This document shows positions 17,492 through 25,771 of a stretch of DNA of 47,546 nucleotides, one piece after another; the first letter of the stretch is position 1; each line of letters opens with the position of its first letter. Made by a program: the position numbers and the translations under genes. Source of the DNA: a virus; IMG/VR virus record IMGVR_UViG_3300028534_000006, positions 1-47,546 of that record; one strand, 5' to 3'. The notes under the pieces are model-generated. The model was not told where the DNA came from. It saw nothing but the letters and a program-made list of their open reading frames with translations, and did no database searches.

Positions 17492-18453
17492 AATAATATC
17501 CTCTCTTTATTTTCTAGCTCAACTAGGAACTGCCCATCTTCATAGTGTACTTGATGCATACTTGCTAATCTCAATGTAGCTAATGCCTCTTTTTCACCCA
17601 TACCTTTAGACTCAAACGCTTTTACAGTGTTCAAGTATAGGTCACGTTCACTCATCTCTTCATTGATAAACTTACCTACTCTCTTAGGACCTACACCAGG
17701 TACACCTTTATAACCATCTGAAGGGTCACCAACTATAGCTTGATAGTACTTATAATAAAGCGCTTTTTCAACACCAGTAAAGTATAGATACTCATCCTCT
17801 GTTTTGCCCAGTTTATGGTAATCAATATGAGTGCCTGGTACTTGGTTAAGCACGTCTTTATCCATAGCTGCAACTATAGTCCAATCTGGGTCTGCCATAT
17901 GCATAGCTACAATAGCATCATCTGCCTCAATGTAATCAAAAATCATATGGTTAAACTGTGTAATCATAGTATACATAATTGACTCATAACCATGCAAAGG
18001 CTTCTGAATACGATTGTGCTTATATCCATGTTGTAAATCTTCAGATACTTTATATCTAAAGTTCTTAGTAAGGCTGTGCCCTTCAGGTAGGTCTATGCCA
18101 AACTCTTCATGAATAATATGTGGTATAACAGCATTAGCATGCTCAAATAAATTACGAGTACGCTCACCGGCAGTTAGAAGTAGTATGTACTTATCAGTGC
18201 CTGCTATTTCGCATAGCTCATCAATAAATGCCTGCACCTCTTCTCTAGCTATATCAAGGTCGCACTCTACTTCATAGTCCACGTCAGCTTCTGCATCATA
18301 ATGTATCTCAGTGTAAATTTCACATGGCTCTGTGCCTACAACTTCGCCATCTTCCTCTACTTGAAAGCCTTGTGAAGGCCTAGCACCAACTAGTACTTTA
18401 TCAGCTTTTTTATATGCGATGCTGTCTGCATCAATCAGTAGTATTTTACTCAT
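17488..18453 (-). CDS. 5'-3' exonuclease / flap endonuclease (PIN-like plus H3TH).
   Basis: N-terminal ILLIDADSIAYK and EADD acidic clusters. H3TH signature GDPSDGYKGVPGVGPKRVGKFI. Confidence 0.85.
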   Translation of the reverse strand: MSKILLIDADSIAYKKADKVLVGARPSQGFQVEEDGEVVGTEPCEIYTEIHYDAEADVDYEVECDLDIAREEVQAFIDELCEIAGTDKYILLLTAGERTRNLFEHANAVIPHIIHEEFGIDLPEGHSLTKNFRYKVSEDLQHGYKHNRIQKPLHGYESIMYTMITQFNHMIFDYIEADDAIVAMHMADPDWTIVAAMDKDVLNQVPGTHIDYHKLGKTEDEYLYFTGVEKALYYKYYQAIVGDPSDGYKGVPGVGPKRVGKFINEEMSERDLYLNTVKAFESKGMGEKEALATLRLASMHQVHYEDGQFLVELENKERILL

Positions 18454-18724
18454 TACTAACTCCTTCTTTAAAGTCTACATACCACTCATCGTTCACAGCA
18501 TCTACAATATGCTTTAAAGCAGCCTTCTTTGCTTGCTCATACATTTTATCACCTGGATTTAATTTAGCAGTAATACGAGCAACGCTATAGCCAGACTTGG
18601 TATCTACCACAACTACTTTACCAACAGGTATAATATCTGTAACGCCTTCTACTGTTAAAAACGAATAGCTAGTTTTTGAATTTCTAAATCTGCATAGTGC
18701 AATTGTATCACTTACCTTAAGCAT
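18446..18724 (-). CDS. Hypothetical protein (92 aa).
   Basis: The ORF overlaps both neighbours by a few nt. No motif recognised. Confidence 0.6.
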   Translation of the reverse strand: MLKVSDTIALCRFRNSKTSYSFLTVEGVTDIIPVGKVVVVDTKSGYSVARITAKLNPGDKMYEQAKKAALKHIVDAVNDEWYVDFKEGVSNE

Positions 18725-19082
18725 TTTTGCCTCCTGTGATAATATCTTTTAAATCGTCTAAATCTTCAGCTTTTACTGGTACTACAGTAGCAATTAGCGC
18801 TTCTAGTTGATCTCTAAGGTCATCATGGTGCGTCGCTAGTAAATGCGTATACATACCAAGTATGAACTCAGTTGCAGCCGCATTATCCATAAGTACGTCT
18901 TTTATATACGCTATAAATACAGACTTGTCTTCTACTGGCTTATAAGTACTATCTCTATCTAACAATAGTAGCTCAGTTATACTAAAAAATATATTTGCAA
19001 ATGGAGACGTTTCCAGCATCTGTAGAGCTAAATCTACTTTAAATTCTGGCGTAGCTTCTTTTAAGTCAATCGTAATTGCCAT
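18717..19082 (-). CDS. Hypothetical protein (121 aa, acidic).
   Basis: It is the first ORF downstream of the promoter at 19132-19162. RBS AAAGGATAGG. Confidence 0.65.
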   Translation of the reverse strand: MAITIDLKEATPEFKVDLALQMLETSPFANIFFSITELLLLDRDSTYKPVEDKSVFIAYIKDVLMDNAAATEFILGMYTHLLATHHDDLRDQLEALIATVVPVKAEDLDDLKDIITGGKNA

Positions 19083-19131
19083 ATCCTATCCTTTATGAGT
19101 AAGTTATACTGCATTTTAAACAATATAATAT

Positions 19132-19162
19132 ATTATATCGAAATAAGTTTAGACTAACATTA
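19132..19162 (-). promoter_or_regulatory. Phage-consensus promoter (TAATGTTAGTCTAAAC-N6-CGATATAAT).
   Basis: Read on the minus strand. It is a member of the nine-copy family and lies about 50 nt upstream of the start codon at 19082. Confidence 0.65.
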
Positions 19163-19182
19163 AAAAGAAATTAAATAAGATT

Positions 19183-19296
19183 AAACTAAGTTTAAATATA
19201 AATTTTAATTTTAAGGCCAATTAGGCCTAGGCCCTAGCCAACCCCTTAGATTAAATTTTTTGATCGATATGGGCTGATATGGAAGTCCTATGGGTA
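19183..19296. repeat. Copy B of the three-copy intergenic element.
   Basis: It shares 54 bp of perfect identity with copy C (aaactaagtttaaatataaattttaattttaaggccaattaggcctaggcccta). This is followed by ccccttag and TATGG x3 at 10-11 nt spacing. Confidence 0.85.
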
Positions 19297-19306
19297 ATAT
19301 TTTTTA

Positions 19307-19513
19307 TTACCCTAATAATTTATTTTGAATGTCTTTGTACTTAAGTTTATTTTGTGCTAACTTATAGCCAATCTGTACGCCTGCTTCTAGCGCGGCTTCT
19401 GTAAGCACACGTATATCGGCCGGTAGTTCCCTTGAGTCTAGTATCTGTGTAATAACTAAATCTACATCTTGCTTTGTGCGTATTTCCATTTCAGCTAAAT
19501 TAGAATGTTTCAT
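19307..19513 (-). CDS. Hypothetical protein (68 aa).
   Basis: The ORF follows the DNA polymerase gene with its own RBS (AAGGAGAAATATG). No motif recognised. Confidence 0.6.
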   Translation of the reverse strand: MKHSNLAEMEIRTKQDVDLVITQILDSRELPADIRVLTEAALEAGVQIGYKLAQNKLKYKDIQNKLLG

Positions 19514-19521
19514 ATTTCTCC

Positions 19522-21558
19522 TTAACTCATTAATCTGTCAGCTACTTTTACTTCAACATCTAAAGGCACGTCATTATATTTAAAATAGTCTATTTGCAGT
19601 AATTGTCGCCAAGCTTTCTCCATACTATATTTTAATGCTATACTAAACTCTTCTGATAAGTGTTTAGGCACATCATAGTATGCAGCATCATGTAGTGGGA
19701 ATATGTCGTATTTTAAAGACTCGCCGTCAGTTTCTTTAAGCATATGTACTTTTGATAACTTATATACATCTGCCGCTGACCCTTGTACCATTAGATTTAT
19801 ACCGTCAGTTACTCTACGCGGTTTAGCTATACGCCCACCAACAGTATTAGCTAAGAAAGTACTTTTATATCTACTTAAAGCTTTAATAAAAAACTCTAGC
19901 GCTCTATCTACCTCCGGGTAAGTCTCGCGATATACTTTATGAATATTACGACATTCGTCAATGCTATAAGTAATACCATAACTAACAAAAGCATAATCTT
20001 GGAAAGCTGGTGCGCCCATACCGAAGGCAAGACCAAAATTAACAGCCTTTGCTTTAAATCGTGTTTCTGAGTCAATTTTTTCAATTGATAATCCTGTAAG
20101 GCTACTAGCTGTAGCATAGTGTAAATCTACACCATCTTTCAAATACTGATACATAACATCAGGTACATCATACCAATACTTTAATAATCGTTTATCTGTA
20201 AGTAGCTGTGTATTATATCTACCTAAAGCATTAAGCATATTTGGATATAAGCTAGCAATTACTCTTAGCTCAATAGTCGGGTAATCTGCCCCAACTATAA
20301 CATTACCATCTCTTGGTATAAATACATTCCTACGCGCTCTTGGTATCTGCTGTGTATTAACCCCTCTATAAACTTTATCACCAGAACTAGTAAACCGTCC
20401 TGTGTTTGCTCCACCTACATTATACCTACTCTGTACCCAGCCATGACTATATGACTCTAACATACCGTCACTTTTCTTAGCTCTACGATAGTTGTAAATA
20501 GTCTCAGCTAGTTTTGATAGTTGTGTATTACTAGAAGTAATAGCTGTAATCAGTGACTGCTTATCACTACTAGTTATAGAACTATCAAATCTTTGCATAG
20601 CTGCTGTACATTGCTTAGAGCTATTAGGATTTAAACCACTAAACCCTAAGTCTACTAGCGTCTGCTTATACTCAGATATTTTCTGCTCATCTTTTTTCAT
20701 CTCTTCTTTAATAAGCTCTACGTCTGTGTATAGCTTATTCTGCTGATATACGGCTGCTTGCCTAGCATTTTGCATGTCCAGTTTATACGATAGTTTTTTG
20801 CGAGCTCTCTGAATTGTTGGATTTATAAATACTCCCCAAGTAGCTACTACGTCTGCGGCTGAGTATACTATCTGCGTAACGTCCAGGTGTTCAATACTAA
20901 AGTTAGACTTTTGTAATGAACTTTTGTCAATCTCTTCTGTATCTACAGGCTCATTATTTATAGTATACATATCTGTTGTATAGTACTTTTGTAATCCCAT
21001 ACCCTCAACTAATGCCTCAAGCCCTTTTGACTCTGCGTATGGAAATGCCTGTCTAGCTAAGTACAGTGTATCCTCTAGCATATATGGTAAATAGTTAGGT
21101 TTTAACATAGCTACATCAAATGCATGATTATGCATAATAACTGTATGCCTGTATAACTCATCCACTAGCTCTTGGTATACATCTAAAACCTCTGTCTTAA
21201 CTAGCTCAGTACATATAATATCATCATCTTTAAGCAATGTACCAAAGTCTAACACGTATACTTGATTAAGATTATAAGTAGGTATGTATAATGAGGCTAG
21301 CCTAAGTAGCCGTATAGGCTTGGACTTACCTTTTGAGTCTACTTTATAAAATAAAGGATGCTCAAAACTAGGTGTGTAATCATACGTCTCTGTATCACAT
21401 ACTATAAGTTGGTTATCAGGTAAACTACGTATGCTATCAATAAAAAATAAGATATTATTGATGTCTGTCATATCTAAGTAGTCAATATTTATTTGAGAAG
21501 TCGGCAACCCAGGGAGCTCATACTCCTCTGGTACCGCCACATTAATGTGGTTGTGCAT
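19522..21558 (-). CDS. Family A DNA polymerase with a 3'-5' exonuclease domain.
   Basis: Exo I VCDTETYD, Exo II HNHAFDVAML, Exo III YSAADV. Pol motif A GADYPTIELRV, motif B RFKAKAVNFGLAFGMG, motif C PLHDAAYY. Confidence 0.9.
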   Translation of the reverse strand: MHNHINVAVPEEYELPGLPTSQINIDYLDMTDINNILFFIDSIRSLPDNQLIVCDTETYDYTPSFEHPLFYKVDSKGKSKPIRLLRLASLYIPTYNLNQVYVLDFGTLLKDDDIICTELVKTEVLDVYQELVDELYRHTVIMHNHAFDVAMLKPNYLPYMLEDTLYLARQAFPYAESKGLEALVEGMGLQKYYTTDMYTINNEPVDTEEIDKSSLQKSNFSIEHLDVTQIVYSAADVVATWGVFINPTIQRARKKLSYKLDMQNARQAAVYQQNKLYTDVELIKEEMKKDEQKISEYKQTLVDLGFSGLNPNSSKQCTAAMQRFDSSITSSDKQSLITAITSSNTQLSKLAETIYNYRRAKKSDGMLESYSHGWVQSRYNVGGANTGRFTSSGDKVYRGVNTQQIPRARRNVFIPRDGNVIVGADYPTIELRVIASLYPNMLNALGRYNTQLLTDKRLLKYWYDVPDVMYQYLKDGVDLHYATASSLTGLSIEKIDSETRFKAKAVNFGLAFGMGAPAFQDYAFVSYGITYSIDECRNIHKVYRETYPEVDRALEFFIKALSRYKSTFLANTVGGRIAKPRRVTDGINLMVQGSAADVYKLSKVHMLKETDGESLKYDIFPLHDAAYYDVPKHLSEEFSIALKYSMEKAWRQLLQIDYFKYNDVPLDVEVKVADRLMS

Positions 21559-21559
21559 G

Positions 21560-22207
21560 TTACACCCCTACATCGGGTGATTGTTCGTCTGTATCCTCAA
21601 CAGGTACACCAGTAAACTCATTGTTTTCTGTAGATACAAAGTCACCATCCTCTTCAGCAGTAAACTCGTTCTCTACGTACTCAACTAGTTTGATGACTTG
21701 AATACTTGACAAGTAAAGTGATACTCCACCTGCTTGCGCTCTATACCATGTCATTGCTGTACCACTTATTCTACCAATAGAACCATTACCAATTTTAGTG
21801 TCGCCGAGATCTACTTTCTTAGCTTGTGCATTATAGACATCAATCTTGGCTTGTTTAACACCTTTCTTGGTTTCAAATTCTGTATTAGTTTTGAAGCGGA
21901 AACTGATAGTACCTGTAGGATTACCGTGATCGTCTTCATCAATCACATAACCAGGGTGAATTTCAAACTTAGCTTGCATCGCAGGTTTAGCCTCTGCAAA
22001 CGCCTTCTCGTACTGCGCTTTTTCTTGTGAATTTTCCCACAACTCATCAAGTTTTTGTTTAAAAGCTTGTGCTTCATGGTCATCAATAGGCATAGTAAGC
22101 GTAGCTTTGTACTCATACTTTTCTGCTAGCTCATTGTATGAACCTTCACCATTAATAAAAACCCAATTCAATTCACCCTTAGGGGTAGTAACTCTAGTTT
22201 TTGCCAT
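21560..22207 (-). CDS. Single-stranded DNA-binding protein (DUF2815-type) with an acidic C-terminal tail.
   Basis: It starts MAKTRVTTPKGELNWVFINGEG and ends in the acidic tail EEDGDFVSTENNEFTGVPVEDTDEQSPD. It lies directly upstream of the polymerase, as in related replication modules. Confidence 0.6.
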   Translation of the reverse strand: MAKTRVTTPKGELNWVFINGEGSYNELAEKYEYKATLTMPIDDHEAQAFKQKLDELWENSQEKAQYEKAFAEAKPAMQAKFEIHPGYVIDEDDHGNPTGTISFRFKTNTEFETKKGVKQAKIDVYNAQAKKVDLGDTKIGNGSIGRISGTAMTWYRAQAGGVSLYLSSIQVIKLVEYVENEFTAEEDGDFVSTENNEFTGVPVEDTDEQSPDVGV

Positions 22208-22433
22208 TGCATTACTCCTAATATTCGCTTTGCGATAAATTAGCGGTGGCTAGGAATTGCACCTAGCGCGCATAAACGCCACGCCATAGCTATGCACCGC
22301 ATAAACAATGACCGGCCAAAAGGAATGCGAAAGGCCGGCCACAGCTAAAGGAAAGTGATAAATCACACTCAAAAGACACAAGACTTACTTGGAAGGTTGT
22401 TTATGCTCAGCTAGTGACTAGCTAGCTGAATAA
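22208..22433 (-). promoter_or_regulatory. G+C-richer structured leader or ncRNA candidate upstream of the SSB gene.
   Basis: The 10-nt stretch 22397-22406 is complementary to 22299-22308, with a competing copy near 22268-22277. There are hairpins at 22312-22338 (GC-only), 22250-22266 and 22409-22423. I found no ORF and no consensus promoter. Confidence 0.4.
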
Positions 22434-22451
22434 AGCACCCCGTAGGATGCT
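22434..22451 (-). terminator. Intrinsic terminator after the 203-aa gene (stem with a UACG tetraloop, then UUUAUU).
   Basis: The minus-strand RNA reads AGCAUCC-UACG-GGGUGCU UUUAUU and starts 12 nt after the stop codon. Confidence 0.6.
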
Positions 22452-22462
22452 CTATCAACCAA

Positions 22463-23074
22463 CTATTTAGTTGGAATACTTGGGTTTGATGCTGGCGCTT
22501 TTGGCGCCGACTTATTTGCATTTTCGTCAGCAGTTGTTTTTTTAGCTTCAATCTTAGCTTTTGCTTTTTCTACAAGCGCTTCGAATGCTTCAACCTCTTT
22601 AGAAGGCTTGATCTCGCCAGCATTTGGCTGCCCGAATGGTACAATACGGCTATAGTCGATTTTAGGCAACTTTTCTGTAAGCATATTGATCTCTTCTCTT
22701 GTGAGAGCATTTGTTTGAATGACACCTTCCCACATAAGATCTTTGATGTGCTTTTTAAGTTTTTGGTGCTCTTTAACAAGCTTCTCTCTTGCTTTAGAGT
22801 GATTTTTGAGCCCGTTCATTTTAGGGTCTGGATTTACTTTCTCTTCATAGAAGAGATCTTTATCAGCCGGTAGCCATACATTTGCTACTGTATCAAGAAT
22901 TGCAACAGTTTTACCATTCTCTACTTTGATTAAATCTTCAACATTTTGCTTACCTCTACCTGCTCCGCCTTGCGCTGCGAACAAATCAAGAATTTCTTTC
23001 TTTCTCTCTTGAGTGATAGTCTCACCAACCTTAAGTGCTGCATCCAGCTTTTCTCTAACAGCTTTTTTTGTCAT
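22463..23074 (-). CDS. Lys-rich protein of unknown function (203 aa) in a monocistronic unit.
   Basis: It has a consensus promoter plus AAAGGAG upstream and a terminator downstream. The C-terminal tail is Lys/Ala/Pro-rich. It may be a paralogue of the 134-aa protein at 31126-31530. Confidence 0.7.
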   Translation of the reverse strand: MTKKAVREKLDAALKVGETITQERKKEILDLFAAQGGAGRGKQNVEDLIKVENGKTVAILDTVANVWLPADKDLFYEEKVNPDPKMNGLKNHSKAREKLVKEHQKLKKHIKDLMWEGVIQTNALTREEINMLTEKLPKIDYSRIVPFGQPNAGEIKPSKEVEAFEALVEKAKAKIEAKKTTADENANKSAPKAPASNPSIPTK

Positions 23075-23100
23075 TTTGACTCCTTTATGATTTAGTGTAA

Positions 23101-23150
23101 TTATAGACTTCGCCCATATTCAAACTTATAGACTTCGCCCATATTCAAAA
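23101..23150 (-). repeat. 25-bp tandem repeat x2 in the predicted 5' leader of the 203-aa gene.
   Basis: ttatagacttcgcccatattcaaa(c/a) occurs twice back to back, between the -10 box (23154-23162) and the RBS. Confidence 0.9.
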
Positions 23151-23153
23151 TAT

Positions 23154-23185
23154 ATTATATCACACCAAAGCTTAAACTAACATTA
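23154..23185 (-). promoter_or_regulatory. Phage-consensus promoter (TAATGTTAGTTTAAGC-N7-TGATATAAT), a perfect match.
   Basis: Read on the minus strand. Further GTTTAAAC/ATTTAAGC half-motifs lie upstream at 23190-23220. Confidence 0.7.
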
Positions 23186-23249
23186 AAAAGTACTAGTTTA
23201 AACTTAAATTTAGCTTAAATTTTATACCAAATTTCACAACTAAATATAT

Positions 23250-24698
23250 CTAATTATTGATATACACCTCATATCTAGCGCGTGACACTGCTGTATAAAA
23301 TAATGACACATACTCCATGGCATTATACTTGTATAAAGTAAGCATATCAGCCCCGTCAATAAACACATAGTCATAAGTACTACCTTGCGCTTTATGCACT
23401 GTGCTAGCATACGGTAATGAAAATGCAGTAACTAACTCATTGAATGTCATATACATACGCCAAGCATAGTTACGGGCGCGTACTTCTTGTAAATTCCTAT
23501 TTTCTCTACAAAACTCAGTCACAGTTTGACATTTGTACCTATCTTTAATTAAGTTATTATGCTTAACTGCCTCCTCAGATAGCTGTTTCTTAATCTCATT
23601 AAACTTAGCATAGCCATAAATTGCAGGCTTAAGTACAGCGTGCTGCCTGCCTTGCAATTGTAGTAGTTCTATAGGTAGGTCAGCAATAAGCTGCTCAAGT
23701 ATATTTAAACTGCCATATTTATCATTTGACTCTGTAAGTACTGACTTATTATCATTTTTAAGTATGCCGCCTTTATACTTATCACGTGTATCAAAGTCAA
23801 ACTCTTCTGCTAAGTCTGGCGTAAATGGCTTATACTTATACATAGTTTTATTGAAGTCAAGTATTACTTTATCACCTGCTTGTATAGACTGCCTACCTGT
23901 CATTTTTTCATGTACTAACATATTTAATGTATCAGTCTTAGCATTAGTATACGCAACCATCAAGCATGAGAACTCGCGCCTATCTATAGCCTTAACACAA
24001 TACTCAGCCACAATCTCCGCTCCTCTGTGTACACATGGTACTTTTGGCAGTCTAATAATCTTACCCGTCTCTTTCATTTGTCTTAAAGTAGTAAGTACCG
24101 GCTGCAGGCAATCGTCAGCCCTATAATTATGCGTCAGTTCTACTTGATATTTACCTCTAGGATATATAGCTCTAGCTGAACCAACAGGTGGTAGCTGCAT
24201 CTTATCACCTAAATATACTAGCTTCGTAACTACTTTACCATCATCGTCCGTCTGTATACTACCTATGTCAAAGTAGTCCTGCTCACTAATCATACTGTAC
24301 TCATCAAAGAATATGACTCTAACTATCTCGGGCTCGCCACGCTTATTACTTACTGTCACATGCTTAATATTTGTCGCATTCTCATTAACACCTGGTGACT
24401 TTTTCAAAAACGACCATATAGTTTTTACTGGTGCTAATGCGTAGCCCTCAGCAAATATACGCTTCTTTAATACATCACATGCTTTATGCGTATACGCACC
24501 AACTAGGTAGGTAATGTCATTGTCTAAGCAATATCGCACCATATGAGCTAGTTGCTCAGTTTTACCAGTACCACCAGGCCCGGATACATACATTTCTGTT
24601 TCGTCTTCATCTTCTAAAAATGCCTTGAAAGTATCAAGTACAGTTTTATTTGGCTCGCTTTTTATAGGTGCTAGTATACTGTCATACTTATCGCTCAT
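23250..24698 (-). CDS. SF1 (RecD/Dda-like) DNA helicase.
   Basis: Walker A GPGGTGKT, Walker B IFFDEYSMI, and the C-terminal motif ASTVHKAQGSTYDYVFI. Confidence 0.8.
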   Translation of the reverse strand: MSDKYDSILAPIKSEPNKTVLDTFKAFLEDEDETEMYVSGPGGTGKTEQLAHMVRYCLDNDITYLVGAYTHKACDVLKKRIFAEGYALAPVKTIWSFLKKSPGVNENATNIKHVTVSNKRGEPEIVRVIFFDEYSMISEQDYFDIGSIQTDDDGKVVTKLVYLGDKMQLPPVGSARAIYPRGKYQVELTHNYRADDCLQPVLTTLRQMKETGKIIRLPKVPCVHRGAEIVAEYCVKAIDRREFSCLMVAYTNAKTDTLNMLVHEKMTGRQSIQAGDKVILDFNKTMYKYKPFTPDLAEEFDFDTRDKYKGGILKNDNKSVLTESNDKYGSLNILEQLIADLPIELLQLQGRQHAVLKPAIYGYAKFNEIKKQLSEEAVKHNNLIKDRYKCQTVTEFCRENRNLQEVRARNYAWRMYMTFNELVTAFSLPYASTVHKAQGSTYDYVFIDGADMLTLYKYNAMEYVSLFYTAVSRARYEVYINN

Positions 24699-24708
24699 AA
24701 ATATTCTC

Positions 24709-24768
24709 CTACAATGCGCTTCGCTATATTCATAGTAGATAGTCTACTACAATGCGCTTCGCTATATT
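24709..24768. repeat. 22-bp perfect direct repeat (24709-24730 and 24747-24768) spanning a gene boundary.
   Basis: ctacaatgcgcttcgctatatt occurs twice. One copy encodes the C-terminus of the 171-aa ORF, and the other carries the RBS region of the helicase gene. Confidence 0.9.
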
Positions 24769-25245
24769 GTGCATCTTAATCTTATCAAATAATTTGAAAC
24801 CTGCTGTGTCTAGTGTATCAACTACTATAGCATACTGTTCTTTATCTGTATATTCATAGAATGGCTCATACACTACCTCTCTACCCACAAATTTATGGTA
24901 CATAATATACATACCAAGTACTTCAAGTGATATATTATCCTTGGCTATTACCTCAAGTATAATTGGCATAGTATTATGAGTGAATGACCTCACTTTACGT
25001 GCACACAGTGGTGACATATGCTCATATAATGTAGCCTTCATACGTTTAGTTAAGTCCTCTATAGTACTGTCTAGCATCTCTTTATAACCGTCTGGATAGC
25101 TAAAGTCTTTAGGTAATAATCCTGGTTGTTCACTATCCTGTTGGTCCAAGTACGTAGCAATAGACAGCATACTACTCACTATGTTAAGTGCATTAATATC
25201 TGATGTAAATGCTTTATTACAAGGTGTTTTCTTAATTATCTGCAT
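24730..25245 (-). CDS. Hypothetical protein (171 aa).
   Basis: ORF in the replication operon. No motif recognised. Confidence 0.65.
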   Translation of the reverse strand: MQIIKKTPCNKAFTSDINALNIVSSMLSIATYLDQQDSEQPGLLPKDFSYPDGYKEMLDSTIEDLTKRMKATLYEHMSPLCARKVRSFTHNTMPIILEVIAKDNISLEVLGMYIMYHKFVGREVVYEPFYEYTDKEQYAIVVDTLDTAGFKLFDKIKMHNIAKRIVVDYLL

Positions 25246-25284
25246 AAAATGGTCCTTATATAATTTGTACTAAACACCAAGTAT

Positions 25285-25686
25285 TCATTGTTGCTCTTCT
25301 TCATCTAACAATACTGGTGGGTTTACCTCAAATGACATTTTTAATAGTTGTTCACGTGTATATAATTTACCATTAACCTCAAACATATAGTCATTTGCAT
25401 ATACAAATACTGTTGAGGCCCATATTTGCTGTGTGTAAGTAGGTAACTTAGAAATATCTACATACATATCTCTCATTAAACGTAAGTAGTTAGTGATTGT
25501 AATCTTAGCTTTAATACTATAGATAGTATCAACCAAACTACCAGCTACGCCGTTATATATTCTTGTGAACTGCTTAATTTGTAAGTTTATACTTGACATT
25601 GGCTCTAGTAAATTAACTAAATCTAACGTATTATAATCCCTAACTAGTATTTCACAAGTAATCTCTTTCTCTTTATTGTCTGCCAT
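25285..25686 (-). CDS. Hypothetical protein (133 aa).
   Basis: It is the first ORF after the promoter at 25740-25771. RBS AAAAGGAG. Confidence 0.65.
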   Translation of the reverse strand: MADNKEKEITCEILVRDYNTLDLVNLLEPMSSINLQIKQFTRIYNGVAGSLVDTIYSIKAKITITNYLRLMRDMYVDISKLPTYTQQIWASTVFVYANDYMFEVNGKLYTREQLLKMSFEVNPPVLLDEEEQQ

Positions 25687-25739
25687 AATATTCTCCTTTT
25701 GATTTACATTAAATAAGCTTTTGGCTTATATTAAAATAT

Positions 25740-25771
25740 ATTATACCATAGTTTAGCTTAAACCTTCATTA
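25740..25771 (-). promoter_or_regulatory. Phage-consensus promoter variant (TAATGAAGGTTTAAGC-N7-TGGTATAAT).
   Basis: Read on the minus strand. It overlaps the last codons and stop of the primase-helicase gene. Confidence 0.55.

Noticed and set aside
22208-22462. tRNA or tmRNA genes in the G+C-richer intergenic islands (22208-22462, 29215-29428, 30911-31054).
   Set aside because: I could not build a cloverleaf. There is no GTTCRANYC T-loop flanked by a 5-bp stem and no acceptor-stem pairing at the right distances. The ggttcaaaagtc stretch at about 29269 has no complementary flanks.
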